DNA of 64,000 bases from Takakia lepidozioides (lineage: Eukaryota; Plantae; Bryophyta), in NCBI GenBank assembly GCA_030704615.1, contig CM060731.1, positions 53,382,001-53,446,000 on the forward strand, in the 5' to 3' direction. A program made the translations under genes and the position numbers. Under the pieces are notes generated by a model. It was not told the origin of the DNA, did not search any database, and saw nothing but the letters and a program-made list of their open reading frames with translations. This document shows, piece after piece, positions 36,301-49,500 of this stretch; positions within the stretch are counted from its first letter, which is position 1, and each line of letters starts with the position of its first letter.

Positions 36301-38852
36301 AGTGCTGAGTTCTGCCATCACTTCCAGCATGGTAGCAGGAATTCACAGTACAATGATCTATCTACTGGTCTGCCCATGAATTAGTATTAAATGTGATCTA
36401 CACCACTGTTAGGAGTTGATGAACTTGATGGGGAGTGGTGGCGGCTTGTCACTGCAACACATGATAAGTTGATGGTCTGAGACTTTGCAATTGACAGCAC
36501 ATTTTGAAGATTGCACTCTTTATGTTGCACTATTTTAGGTTTAACTTGGGCTGGTGCAACATCTGCTTGTCCTACCTTTGAATGTCTGTATGGAATCGTT
36601 ATTCTGTATAAACAGAAACTATCGCTTGGGTCTCTGTTGTCTCACAACTCTCGCACACACTCAAGAGGGTGCAGCTGTGTATTTTTTGGTGACTTTTGTG
36701 ATGTTCAGCATCCAATTAGTGACCAGCTGGTATGTCTAGGAACCTTCCAGCAAATCTCTTTTAGCAGTTTTGCTCAAATGCTTACTTTCTCAGGACAAGC
36801 AAAATTGAAATTTCACGTCCTACTTCATAAGTTTTACCCTCAAGAAGATGCTGGCTGGCTGTTTTAATTATCTTTGCCTGCTGGGTGCTAGCTGACATCA
36901 TGGCTGAGTTTTCCCAGTAGAAAGTGGCGAAAGTTAGTATGAAGTTCTATATAGTGTTATGCCCATGAATTTGAGCGTAGTATTATAAGTGATCTACACC
37001 CACTGTTAGGAGCTAATGCAGTCGGTGAGGAGTGGTGGCAGCTTGTCACTGCCACACATGAAGTTGATGGTCCGAGACATTGTGATTGGCAACACAATGC
37101 TAAGACTGCAATTGCTGTGGTGCACTAGTAGAGGTTTTAACTCGGACTGGTTCATTGTCTGTTCCAGTTACCTTCAAATCTCTGGATGGAGTTTCTACTT
37201 GGTACTCTGTAGATGATTTATGTACTTCGGGCTTAGGGAAAGTGAAGAAGACACATTGGGGGAGGGAAGTTATCTTTGAACATAAATCAGGGGGAATGGA
37301 GGGCTAAGAGTTTGGGTCATTTAAGAGAAGGAATTGTTAGGTCTTGAGAGCTATGCCTGGGGTAATGTGCTTGCTTTTAGCTTTCAACTGTCGGGGGAAG
37401 TACATGTCGACTGTCTTTAAGAGTTCGGCTGCCTTGGGCATGCATTGAATTTCAGTCTTGTGACATGAAGGAATGACTGGAGAGTGCAGTTGCAGCAACT
37501 AAGAATCCTTGAGAATGGTCATGAAGAAGTTACGAAGCCAGTGAAAATGAAGAGCTAGACACATTTTGGTAGAGGAAGAAAGGCAGAGAGTTCATGCAAG
37601 GGTTGACAGGTGGTGGTGAGGGTGGGGCCGTATGGCGCTTATGTGCAACTGGGTGAAGCTTCCAAGAAGCAGAAGCCACGGCGAACAACTTTGCCAAAGG
37701 TGTCTTACTTTGTACCATCATTAAGTGCTTTACTTTTGTTGATTCAGCTCTACTTACACAAAGGTTTTTAACTGCAAAATGTGGTGAGTAAGGAGACCAA
37801 TGATTTTTCTGTGGCAGGGAGTGAAAGTGGAGGAGGTAGACCTGGATAAAGCTTTGGAGTTGCTGAGCTTTCCCCGCGAGTTGGTACGCTATCCTCAATT
37901 ACCATGCTGTGTGTTTTGAGGAACATAGCAGACTTCATATTTCGGGGGGGTGCTGGCAGTGGTTTTTCAGGAGTATGAAAGGGTCCTTTTTTTATCTTCA
38001 CTTTTCTGTGGTTTTTTGTGTTGCAGGGAAAGCATCCTGAAGAGGGGACGCCCATCACGATAGGCATAGGGAAATTTGGATATTATTTGCGACATCGTGC
38101 AATCATTGCATCTGTGCCACAGGCAAGTTCCAGTTCGTCAAATACTTGTTTCATGCTCTGTGGAGAAGGAAACTCCTTTTTTTAACAAATGCGCAGTTGA
38201 TGATGGAGTTCTGCAGAAGTTAGGGGAAGGTCTGACTGTGCATGTTGGCAGCACATCTCACTGTTTTCCTTTTGTTGATGGTTGGTAAGTGTTTGGTATT
38301 CGTGGGTGGGTTGTGAATTAGGTGGTGCCAATAGAAGACCTGACCATGGAAAAGGTGATGGAGTTGCTGAAGGGAAGAAACGTAACAAGGCGTGGTCGTC
38401 GGCCAGTTACAGCTGCTGCAGAGGATGCAGGACGTGCTGCCCCGTCGTCCTCTGATGTTGCCAAAACTGGTAGGGTAAAGACCCCAGATTCTGACAGCCA
38501 TTCTCAGTTATCCCCTGGTTCAACTGCAGGGGAGCGCCAACAAACCAAGGAGGAGCTTTCAAGCAAGAAAAAACACAAACCTAAGACTAAGAGTAAACTC
38601 TTCACACAGAAGGCAGAAGAAGGCTCCTCGGTAGTTCTCCTTAATGAACCATTGAAAGTTGACCCAACTGCTCATCGTCAAACGGTGGAGGACCAGGAGG
38701 TACACACTGCACAGGAGCAGTCACCAAGCATGGAGCGCAACCCTGCCAAAAAGCCAGGAAGAGGGCGGGGGCGGCCAAGAAAAAACCCTCTTACATCTGA
38801 CCAGCTCGACCTCTTATCTGCAGAGGTATTGTCCAAGCCACTCATATCATAG
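24391..38852 (+). CDS. topA: Organellar (bacterial-type) DNA topoisomerase IA, multi-exon
   Basis: Exons read by eye: 24391-24993 (transit-peptide-like, tentative); ~25400-25739 ([13 protein letters not shown]); 26314-26965 (DPDREGE, SAGRVQS); 27545-27631 (GLITYMRTD, catalytic Tyr); 28537-28583; 31677-31786 ([11 protein letters not shown]); 32024-32124; 32216-32308; 32724-32807; 33102-33185; 33739-33807 (GIGRPSTYA); 33973-34032; 34153-34224; 34555-34662; 35141-35223; 35508-35591 (C4 zinc ribbon); 35730-35862; 37610-37699; 37818-37883; 38027-38122; 38322-38852. Phases are compatible from the TOPRIM exon onward; the join between exon 1 and the TOPRIM exon is unresolved. Confidence 0.92.
27777..28340 (-). 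mobile_element. 5'-truncated LINE fragment, copy 1 (intron of topA)
   Basis: Homologous to 30311-30810; flanked by (GA)n. Confidence 0.8.
28900..30230 (-). mobile_element. 5'-truncated LINE fragment, copy 2 (intron of topA)
   Basis: RT motif [10 protein letters not shown] at about 30125-30155, YTYFGI, and C-terminal [13 protein letters not shown]. Confidence 0.85.
30305..31597 (-). mobile_element. 5'-truncated LINE fragment, copy 3 (intron of topA)
   Basis: [10 protein letters not shown] near 31570, [18 protein letters not shown], and CCHC-type [20 protein letters not shown]; (GA)n on both sides. Confidence 0.88.
36371..37190. repeat. Diverged ~220-bp direct duplication in a topA intron
   Basis: tgcccatgaatt...gtgatctacacc..ctgttaggag...gcttgtcactgc at about 36371-36593 and 36960-37190. 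Confidence 0.7.
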
Positions 38853-41187
38853 AGTGTTACTTTTCTTCTTTAGCAGTATGAAGCCCCCTCTGCCACCATC
38901 TCTTTGTTCATTTCATGCAGGGTGCAGAACTGTGTGAGGCTGTGCAGTCACATCCTTGATTTGTGTGTGATCTCAGGCCAATGCAAGGTAGCTGTTGGCA
39001 ATTGTTCTTGGACCAGTGTTGATGTGTACTGCTCAGGCGTGTTCTCCCCACTTTAATCATGGGGATAACCTGGCAAGGTGCACAACTAAGGCGATGTGAA
39101 GCCAGGAACTTCAGTTCATGATCTCCCCGTCCCTCTGCTACTCTCACATTCTTGTCCGGTGCGGACTGTTCTTGCTCCCGCATTTGTCTGTACTCATGTC
39201 CTGAGGTGATTCCTCTTGCGGACAAAGTTTAACTGTTACGGATTCTGTGTTGACAGTTTTTCCTAATTTCCCATCCTCTTCTTTCCAGAGTAAATTGTCT
39301 TCTAGGTTTCTCTTCATAAGCCTGAGGGACCAAGATCGAAGTTTAGGATTCAGGTTGGAGGCACAGAGGGATTGCCAACAGTTTCATTGCCTTTTTCCTT
39401 GTACTCATTGCCAAGTTTTACTGGTGCATGTCTTGAAATGCTTCTCATCACTAGCTCTGCCTGTCTGCCTCTCTCCCCTTTCATGTGTTGGGGATGTGCG
39501 TGCGGAATTATTCACAAGCAGCCTAACATATTGCATGCACCTGATTTAATATCAGACCAACTAGAAATATTCAGATTCCAAACCTCACTTCCACCACAAG
39601 GCAGAGCAATAAAAGTGCTGAGCTGCCTATCAGGCATGGTTTTGAATGTACACATCAGAGCTGCCACAGGCATTCATTTTCCTCAAGAAGATTTTCATGG
39701 GAGGCTCCACTTCTCTTCCCTGAAAAGCAAGAGATGTGCTGTTAAGTATCGTTTATCAAGAAAGGTGTGCCTGAGAGTCAAGCTGCCAAGACCCCCAACT
39801 ACTTGGCCTAGTTCACTGCAAACTTTCTCCAGCCGACCCTTGTGTAGGAAAGAAGTCCAAGCAACCTCGGAAGAATGTTGAAGGAAGTCGTCGAACTGAC
39901 GATGAAGACATGGCTTTAGGTGCTCATCCTGCATTGCGGCTATATCTCCATTTTTTCCCGGGGTTGTAAGCTGGTTGCTTCTTCTCAAACGACAGTGTTT
40001 CTTGTCAAGATTCTTGGAGCCGAGTTTTTCCGCGGGCTCTAGGTGCCGATCTCAAACTCATTGTTTTCTTTGTTTTGGGCTTTGTGTATTCTGCGACCAT
40101 GGAGTCCTGTCATAACTTTCGTTCTAAACTCTCTTTCGACTCGCAGCCTGCCGTATTCCCTTTCACTGTTTTCTTGATGATTGCATGAATCTTGATTGGT
40201 CCCTCCTCCCTGTTACCCCTCGCATTTATGCATTCTCATCTGTTATTAATATTTGATCTTGAAACTTATGTTTGGCTTCAGTGGATATCATTATACCTTG
40301 TCTGACACGTTTCTCTCTTCCTGGCACCTTTGTCACTTGTGTGTCTCTGTTTCTATCAATGCAGTACAGTCGACCCTGGTAAATGTGCCCTCTTTATGTG
40401 TTACAAGGGGTGTAATTGTTACCTTTTTTTTACTCCCTGTGTGTTGAGCAGTAGGCTCTGTAAATTCACTGGACGTTAAAGAATCTTTATCTTTATCCCT
40501 AAAATTTTACACTATGCTGCAGTAGGGATGTTATATGTTAAACGTTACAGAAATGGTACTCCCTCCTTTGTAGACCCTTGATAGTTAGGAAAGTACAGTG
40601 AAGGCCGCCTAAAGTAGGTTGAAACATAAATATTTCCATTGACATTTCATTAAGAAATGAATAATGTGGAACCACCTACATATGACGATTAAATTTCTGA
40701 ATTAATATAGGGATGGATGTCTAGCAAATTGGCTCTATATAATGCAATGTAGTTACGTTTCCGACTATGGGGGTTCACTAATTTGTTCATTACGAGGAAG
40801 AACACGATTTGAACACTCCATATGTGAAAGCGAGATATAGGAACTCGTTGATCCATGTGCAAACGAAGCTGACGAAGACGAACCTATTTTAGATCCAATG
40901 GCACAAGTGACATTTTCAAGCAGGAATTCAAAGTGATTAATATGTTTCTAGAACCCTCGGTGGTTGGTTGAGAGACTTTCTAATAGGGTTAGATCTGTAG
41001 AAAATAGTCTAAGTTATTTACATTGCAGGTTGCAAATTGTCGACATGACACTATTGACAGAATTTTCAGTCGATTTGACATGTAACTCTGTAAATGTTAT
41101 ATTTTTTGAAATCATCCCTGGTTTATTGTTACATGGATAAATGTTAAGAAGAGTCTTGGTCGCCCTCTTTAATTGGTAATATGCTAT

Positions 41188-41607
41188 GCCTCTCATTTTA
41201 AGATAATAGGGTCTTCAATGGGCACGTGCGATGTGGCGGTGGGCCCCGCGCACGGACATTCGGCTCCCCAGCACCCCGCCCGCCGCTGCGCGCGGTCGCC
41301 TAGCCGCGGGCGCGGCTGCAGCAACCGCGCCCGCGCCCCCGTCCGCCGCACGGCTCCCCCGCCCATGAGTCCGATGCCCTCTAGTCTGCCAGTCCGCTAC
41401 TGGCCAGTCTGCTGCCCAGCAGTCTGCCAGTCCGCCAGTCTGCTCGCCAGTCCGGTGCTGGCCAGTCCGCTGCCCAGCAGTCTGCCAGTCCGCCAGTCTG
41501 CCCGTTTGTCCGTTGGCCAATCCCCTGCCATCCAGTCCGCTGACGGCGCAGGATCGCCACCGTCCATTCCCATAACCCATCCGAGCCTTCCATTTTTAGG
41601 GCTGCAA
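41188..41607 (+). repeat. Left TIR
   Basis: gcctctcattttaagataatagggtcttcaatgggcacgtgcg... is the reverse complement of the end at 63158. Confidence 0.92.
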
Positions 41608-41779
41608 TTCAAACCTGCATCCCTGCCACCTGCCACTTGCCAGTAGCCGCGAACGTGCGCACTGTTCTCCTGGCACGTTGATCGTGTCCTGTACTACGGC
41701 GCGTTTCTTGCATGTTCAGAAGCGTGTCCTTTGTATTGTTTCTAATGTGTACCATATGTGTTGTGCAGAATTGTTTTTG

Positions 41780-43024
41780 AATGAGTACTCATTTTCCTCT
41801 GTCTTTGGCATGTCCGCAAGGCATAGGTGAAGCAATCATGCAAGAAAACGAAGGATCCGGTGACCGCTGTAAACTTGTCGAAGGATATGGGAGACCTCAT
41901 GTACTGTAGAGGGGGACCACGTAACAAGAAAAGAGCGCTTCGGTGGGTTGCAAAGAGAATCCGTCGTATGAGGTCAAAATACCCGAAAGGACATGAATTT
42001 CTTGACTATATCGAACAGTACTGGAAGCCCGAAATAGCAATGTGGTGTACCGCAGCCCCCCATGTCCCTCATGCGAGCCAAGACACAAACACAAGCATTG
42101 AGGCATACCATGGAAATCTGAAGGCAAGACTTGTCATGGGGAAAGGCAAGATAATTGGTCGTAGAGTGGACTGGCTTATATGGGAACTCACTGGCCGTGT
42201 GCTAACACACTATTGGTACGCAATCCATTTGAAGACCCACGGGTTCATAAGAAATGACAAACACAAAAAGTACATATCCAGTTCTATACTTGCGGCACGA
42301 GACATTCCTGCTGAGAGTGTTACTCTTCCCTTGGGTCCTGGTGAACCAGCCTACGTTCTCAGCAGCAACCACCCCGGCACAACATACATTGTTTACAATC
42401 CTGATTGCGATTGGGGTTGTTGCACGTGCCCATGGGCAATGAAAGGAAACTTATGCAAGCATCAGGTCCGTGTCCTGAAGATGCTTCACCCTGACCTACA
42501 GGATGGCATCCTTGTGCACGCTTGTGGCACGGCGCTGGGAACCATTCATGGAGGATTACCTAACTTGCTCTTGGGCAATGGTGCCAGCGGCAACGACGAA
42601 TCCAATCAGTTCATAGAAAGACATCCTCCGGACTTCTTCCCCTTATGACGAGGCACCTCTGGAGGTCTCAGCCTCAATGGAACAAGAATTCGCGGACATA
42701 CTTCGCATTGTAGGTGATGACAAATACCTGGAGGCACATGCCCGATCTGCTCTTCATATGTGCAGAGGGCAGCTCGTTGATATCCTGGCGAAAAGTGCGG
42801 CTGGAATGTTGCACCCTGCGGCAGCGAAGGCTTTCCGTCCTCTGAACGACAACAACAACATGTCTCTGAAAAGGAGACGAGATTTCGTGGAGGCCTGGAA
42901 AACCCGGCCTAGGGTTTTGTGGAGAACCAGCAAGAGGGTGTCTGCACCTGCACCTGCAGCACATATATACTCAAAAATTCGCAAGGTTTCAAGTCGTGTA
43001 GATGTCACGAAGAAGACAATATAA
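41780..43024 (+). pseudogene. MULE-type transposase, C-terminal part with SWIM zinc finger
   Basis: CLWHVRKA* (CxxH, W to stop), DTNTSIEAYHGNLK (catalytic E), RRVDWL, and CTCPWAMKGNLCKH (SWIM). The N-terminal part is missing. Confidence 0.85.
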
Positions 43025-43170
43025 GTCTGCAATGCCTCGAAAAGAGACAAGGTTTCACGTCGTGTAGGTGTCACGAAGAAGACAATATAAGTCTGCAATT
43101 CCTCGAAAAGAGACAAGGTTTCACGTCGTGTAGGTGTCACGAAGAAGACAATATAAGTCTGCAATTCCTC
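42983..43170. repeat. 66-bp tandem repeat, about 3 copies
   Basis: aaggtttcacgtcgtgtaggtgtcacgaagaagacaatataagtctgcaattcctcg... Confidence 0.9.
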
Positions 43171-43806
43171 GGTAGCATTGTCCCTTTCTGAAATACAAGT
43201 CCGCAATGGACTAATGCACAGTCTCCCAACGGACTCCTCCAGTCTCCCAACTGACTCCCACACAGTCTCCCAAGCATAATCTCCCAACGGACTCACGCAC
43301 AGTCTCCCAACAGAGTCACAGTCAACATACTGCGAGCGCCAGTAAGCCAGTCTGCTGGTCAGTCTGCTGCCCACTCCAAAAGTCTGCTCACCACACTTCC
43401 ACCTCATCCTGCAACTCTTCCAGCAGACAGCTGGACAGACTAAGTCTCAAGCAGACTCATCAACAGCAGACTCAAAATGGACAGGCTCCAGTGGACTACC
43501 TCCCTAACGACTCATGCCAATCCAGCGTCCCAGCGGACTCATGGACATGGTGCCTACCAGACTAGGTACCAGACCCACCAGTCCTAGCCTCGGCAACGTA
43601 CTGCTCGCACATTCAAGCTCAGCAAACTCAGGTGCACAGTGCATGGAAAAATTGACACCATTGTGTCCATTGAGTTTAGTGACAACATTACAAAACATGC
43701 CAGCACCCACAGTACACAAAAGTGCTCATCACCACTGGAATAATAAGCGAAAAGACTCACATTTTTTATTTCGGTACATAGACTTCACAGGACAAGTACA
43801 TCATAC

Positions 43807-43868
43807 TCATGAGAGCAGTTTCTCTACATTGTCTAACCCCCGCATGATATACTGGGCACACTGCATTC
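43807..43868 (-). pseudogene. Displaced C-terminus of the Ulp1 ORF
   Basis: Removing the CACTA element and one TTC gives FALEQRMQCAQYIMRGLDNVEKLLS* in frame. Confidence 0.7.
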
Positions 43869-44329
43869 CACATCAAGAGATGAGCGTTTTTAGGACTACG
43901 GCTTTGGCGGAGTCATAAAAATTGCACTAGGTACATGACTACAGAGCGTTGAAATGCATTACAGTTTTAGTTTTATGACTTTGTAGTAATGGATATCACT
44001 ACATGACTCCGGAAAGTTAGGGAGCATTGGTCAAACATTGTTGACCATAATGACAGGGATGGTTTATATGACTAGTGTGATATGTTTGACTACACGTGGA
44101 CGACGTTTCATGGAATCTTATGACTCCATGACTGAAGATGGTTTCAGAACTCTATTTATACGACTACATCACTACACGTGTCATTTTGAAGGCACATATA
44201 ATGCAAATAAGGTTGCCCATTAGGTTTAAAAAAGATAAAAAAATTGCTAATAAGGTTGCTCATTAGTGTAATCGTGAACAGAACGGAGGGCTGGGACTTG
44301 GCGTCTTTTTGTCTCCTGCGCCACACCAC

Positions 44330-46400
44330 ATAGCTGAGGGATGGAACGCGATGATAGCAGGATATGCAGGGGCGTGGGATGGAGGCGTTGAGCAAATGAT
44401 GCACGGAGGAGAAGAGGAGGAGGAGACGAGACGAGGAGAAGCGACTCGCCGTTCTTGGGAGAGTCAGCTTGGTCTTAGCAAGCGTGTTTCAATCTTTGAC
44501 TACTCATCTACGCCGTAGTGGTTCGATCTGACAGACCAATCCGACATTACCTGACTAGACACAACAGCACACACAAGAGGTCATCGGTCAAATCCTCCAT
44601 GGGTCAGGACAGGTCAAGGACAATGTGGTAGGGCACCTTCTTCTTCAACCTATTTTAGCATGTGTTGCCCTCTCATCAGACTCGGCCGCAAGATGCATAT
44701 TGAATTCTGTAAGTTAGGTCGTTGGGTAGATCTGTGGTGGTTTGGAGTGACTTTGGCAAGTTACTGCCAGTGTGGCAGCAGGGAAGTATCCAAAAACATA
44801 TAATAGAGGTGAGGAGAAGCTTTGGGGTGAACACTTTCCGACCCCAATGGTGGGACAATGGAGACAAAAAGGCGAATGCCTGTTGGACTACAGAGAGAAG
44901 CAGATGCATTTCAGATTGTGATAAGTAGGGTTGGGGTGTTTTGGGAAAGAACTCCACACCAGTATGGTTGGGGTGTTTGCTGGTAGAATTGTAGGCTGTC
45001 AGAGGCATGGATAGCTGAAGGAGCAGGGATAGAGTGTGGGTCCAGATTCATCCAAGAGGGCTGGATTTCAAGCTCCACATTACCTATGATTCCTTGTGGA
45101 AGGATAGGTACAAGAAACCTACATGGGTAGATGGTCAACTGGAAGCGGCATGCTGTACTATATGTCATTACTGTACTATATGTCATTCCAGAGACTGTCA
45201 TTGTTGGTCCATGTGTTTTACAACAATGCTATCAATATAAGACTCCTGGTTCGCATTGGAAGCTCAATCCCTGCAAGTTCATTGTGTGTGAAGCTCAAAC
45301 TTGCGATTTGAAGGATCTTGTAGCCAAGTTCATTCAACCGGAAAGGAAAAATTCTGAAAGCTCCCAAATTTGATGTGGGCAAGCTTATGGAGGTAAGACT
45401 TAGCTTCCCTCCTCTAATGTAAGTGTTGGATAAGTTTCATTTAGTGTCGACCTTCACTGCATATATTGGCTCTTTTCTTGGCTGGTTTCATATTTTCTTG
45501 GCTGGTATGCTGTTGGTTGGCTTCTTTCATTTCACGTGTGTAGTGGAAGGGGAGAAGTACTTTCCTAAGTTCTGCTGCAACAATGTCTTTTTCCAGCCTA
45601 GATGTTTTCGATGGATACAAATTGAAGTGCTTTGAATGTTGCTGCAATACTATAATAAAGTGGAGGGTGCTGAATGCAGTTGGCCTTGCTTCGTGCAGGC
45701 ATAATCCAGGGAAATGTGGACATAGCTGAAACCCCATGATAGCATTTCCAGAGGACGGTGTGGATGGCCTCACAATCCAGCATGCAAAATCCATGACAAT
45801 GTGGAGCTGGCTGAATGGGCAAACAGGTTAAGTGGCGAACAAGCCACGTCACTGGTACATAGTTGCATGCTTACATAGTACATGAAAGCGTACTATATGT
45901 CATTCCCGAAATTGACCATGTTGGTCCATGTATTTTACAACAATGCTATCAATAAAAGACCAATGGTTCGCATTGGAAACTCTATCCCCGTAAGTGGCTT
46001 GTGCGTGATGCTCAAACTTGTGATTTGAAGGATCTTATACCCCAGTTCATTGCAGAGGTGATTGGAAAAGACATTGAGAAGGCAACAGCCGTTATCTATA
46101 ATCTACAGATCCCCTTCAATTTGATGTGGGAAAGCCGGCTGGCTGGAGGTCTAGTCTCACTTTCACTCATCTAATGTCAGTGTTGTATCCATTGCAATGT
46201 GGAGATGTTTGAAACAACATTGGAGCATTTCCAGAGGATGGTCTGGATGGCCTTTCGTGGCGTGTGCCGAATCCATGGCAAGAAAACATTGCAGGCAGAA
46301 CCCATGGCAATGGTACCAGCACGGGTTGGTCCAAAGCCAATTGCAACAACAAATGAATAAAGGGTGCTGAAAGGAAAGCACTCCATAATTGATCATAAAA
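44330..46400. pseudogene. PDF-motif and PPR gene fragments carried inside the CACTA element
   Basis: WNAMIAGYA, QWWDNGDKK and IHPRGLDFKLHITYDSLW; homologous to 3000-4100. Degenerate minus-strand PPR-like duplicates at 45150-45380 and 45890-46130. Confidence 0.65.
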
Positions 46401-46502
46401 TCCAGTGTCCAAGCATGATATCTTAATGGGAATGCGAAGGGAGTGTTACCACCTTAAACTATCATGCATGGTCTATAACTGGAGTGCACAAATCGCGCAT
46501 AT

Positions 46503-49500
46503 CTAATCTTCATCATCCTCATCTATGTCTGGGTCACTACATGTATCACTGTCTTCATCACAGACTTGATCTTGTCCAAGGGTTGGCTGAACATCATCAC
46601 CACGTATACGGGGTGCTCGGAGGTACAAGGAGGCCACCTGCTCTGGAGTAACCGGTACCGCTCGGCTGCATGTTGGGCCATCAGTAACCAGAGTCTCCTC
46701 TAGTCTTTGTGGGGCTAACAATCCTTCCACTTCCGCCACATCATCATTATCAATTGATATGTCGCAGACCACTCTACGTGCTCGGGGGCTCTTCTCCAGG
46801 ACGACTTTCCACCCCGGCTCCTTCACACAATCAGAAAAAAACACTTGATCAACCTGGCCAGGAAACACAAAAGGTTGCTCAGAAGGTGGAAGCATACGGT
46901 TAAAATTGACAAGTGTGAAGCCAGCATCATCCTGCTTCATTGACATAGGTTGACGACCCACGCGACTCGCCCGTACCCACGAACACAAAAACACTATAGG
47001 CTGTGTTTGGCCATAGTCAATTTGCAAAATCTCCCTTATAAGACCCACATATCTTGTAGGTTCCTCCATGTCATTGCCTGAATTGTTGGTAATGGGCTGG
47101 TGCTGGAAAACAGATGAGACTCCACAATCAAAAGACACCATACTTGTTGTGTTCATGCCGGGGGATGTAACCCTGTAATGGTTACCATACGCTGTCATAC
47201 TCTTGAATGACAGGGCAGTAAATGATGGAGGCCTTGAAAGATCCAGTAATTCCTCACGTGTTGTAGGATCAAGCCCATCTGATTGAATTGAGAGATGATC
47301 CCGTACACCTTGAGGGAGCCAAACAGCAAATGGAGGACAAGGATGCAAATCAGGAGGGTACTGAATTGCCGTGGGATTGCTCATGCCTTCCAGCCCTTGC
47401 TCCTCACGAAACAAGCGTCGTCTGGCTTCTATCCGTGTGGACTCTGCTTCATATATCCTGTCACAATCCGAGGGTCAGCCAGGAGATTGACAGAGGTGGC
47501 GTGGGAGATTTGAAAAGACGCCATATGCCAACTAATGATAAATGACTAAAACTTGGAAATCTGAATGTCAATGAAGTAGATTTCTTACCCCAACATGACT
47601 GATAGACGAGGATGGTTCTGAATGATGTACTCATGTACAATATCACACAGGTCATTCAATTTTCGGGCTTTAGAACTTCCTTCCACAACTTCACGTTCCA
47701 CAGATTCTGCCTCATCTGCATCCCACACCCTTCGTACACTTCCATCAAATCCTGCCATATACTCTGTGCAAAAACCCAATGCTTCTTCAAATTGGTATCC
47801 TTCTGCCATGCTCCCCTCGGGCCTTGCCATGTTTCTTACGTAGCCCTTCATATCTTTCATTGCCCGCTCCATGGGGTACATCCAACGAGATGCTACGGGC
47901 CCGCATAAGTACAACTCATCCACTAGGTGAACAACCAGATGTGTCATCACATCAAAAAATGATGGTGGGAACTCCTTCTCTATAAGACACAGAGTGAGAA
48001 CTGCTTCAGTTCTCAATTCCTCATACTCTACAGGATTCACCACTTTTGCACACAACTTCTTAAATACACGACATACTCGCAAAATGGCCCTTCGAGGACC
48101 ACTTGGCATGAGCCCACGGATAGCAAGCGGTATAATTTGCTGCATGAGCACATGATAGTCATGTGATTTCATGCCTGACAACTTCTTCTTCACCACATGC
48201 TTTTTGAAAGCTGATGCGTAGCCTGTTGGCACTTTCAAGTTCTGCACAATCTCCAGAAAGACTTGTAACTCAGCCTCAGTGAGGACATAAGGGGCAGGAG
48301 GCATAATTAACGTATCTGCTCTGTCAGGATCACGTTGTAGCCACAATTCCGGGCGCATCCCAAGTAGCTCCAAATCACGGCGAACTTTCAATGTGTCTTT
48401 CTCACCAAAGATAGTTTTAATAATATTTTCAGCCAAGTTCTTCTCGCAATGCATTGCGTCAAACGTGTGGCGGATGAGGAGACCCTACAAAATGAACACA
48501 TAAGCAATTGAGCATTTACTCATCACAATTTAAACAGAAAACGCAAAAATGTACACAGCCAATTTAAAGGCCATGAAGGAATTACCTCCCAATAAGGTAA
48601 GACATATAAAATTGACAATCGCTTAACTCCATGAGTTTTTGCTGGGTCTGTCCTGCTATCTGGCGTCCCTCCGTTTTCCACCCATGCAGTGCGAGCTGTT
48701 GCAAGGTCCTTGATTTGTGTTCCAGTCTGCGTTTTTGGAGGAGTTCCATGCTCAGTAGCGCCATTGAACATTCTTGACCTTCTATATGGATGATTGCGGG
48801 CCAAAAATCTTCGGTGGCCTAGGAAAACAATTTTTCCACATGTGTGTAACTGCTGTGAAGTCACCCCGGGTCCACAAGCTGGACAACCAGCATAACCTTT
48901 CGTCACTTGACCTGAGAGCAAGCCATATGCAGGGTAGTCATGGATTGACCACATCAACACTGCCCTCAGTGTGAATTCGCGTTGACCACGAGGACGGGAA
49001 ACATCATGAGCTGCAATCCCTCTCCATAGTTCCAGTAGCTCTTCCACTAGGGGCATCAGGTAAACATCTACGTTGTCCGAGGTAACAGACTCCTTACCAG
49101 GAATCAGTAGCGCTAACATGACAAAGAACTTTTTGGTCATTAACCACGGAGGCAGATTGTAATTGACCAAGAGAACGGGCCATGTGCTCCAACTTGTGGA
49201 TTGAGCTCCGTAGGGATTTACACCGTCTAAGGCCAATCCAAATCGCAGAGATCGTGGCTCTGCAGCAAAATCCGCAAATGTGGTGTCAATGTGTCTCCAT
49301 GCTTTGCTATCAGCTGGATGTCGAACCAACCCATCCTGGCTCTTATGTCTGTCGTGCCATGTCATGAGGTTAGCGATCGATTTACATCGGTACATACGTT
49401 TCAACCTTGGAATGACAGGGAAGTGTCGCAATACTTTCTTGGGCACACTTCCACGACCTGGAATGTAACGGGAACTGCGGCACACTGGGCAAATGTCTAC

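Noticed and set aside
39247-39988. ORFs downstream of topA
   Set aside because: No recognisable motifs or consistent exon structure.
41173-41646. ORFs within the TIRs (also at 62585-63236)
   Set aside because: GC-rich internally repetitive TIR sequence that is open in several frames; not credible proteins.
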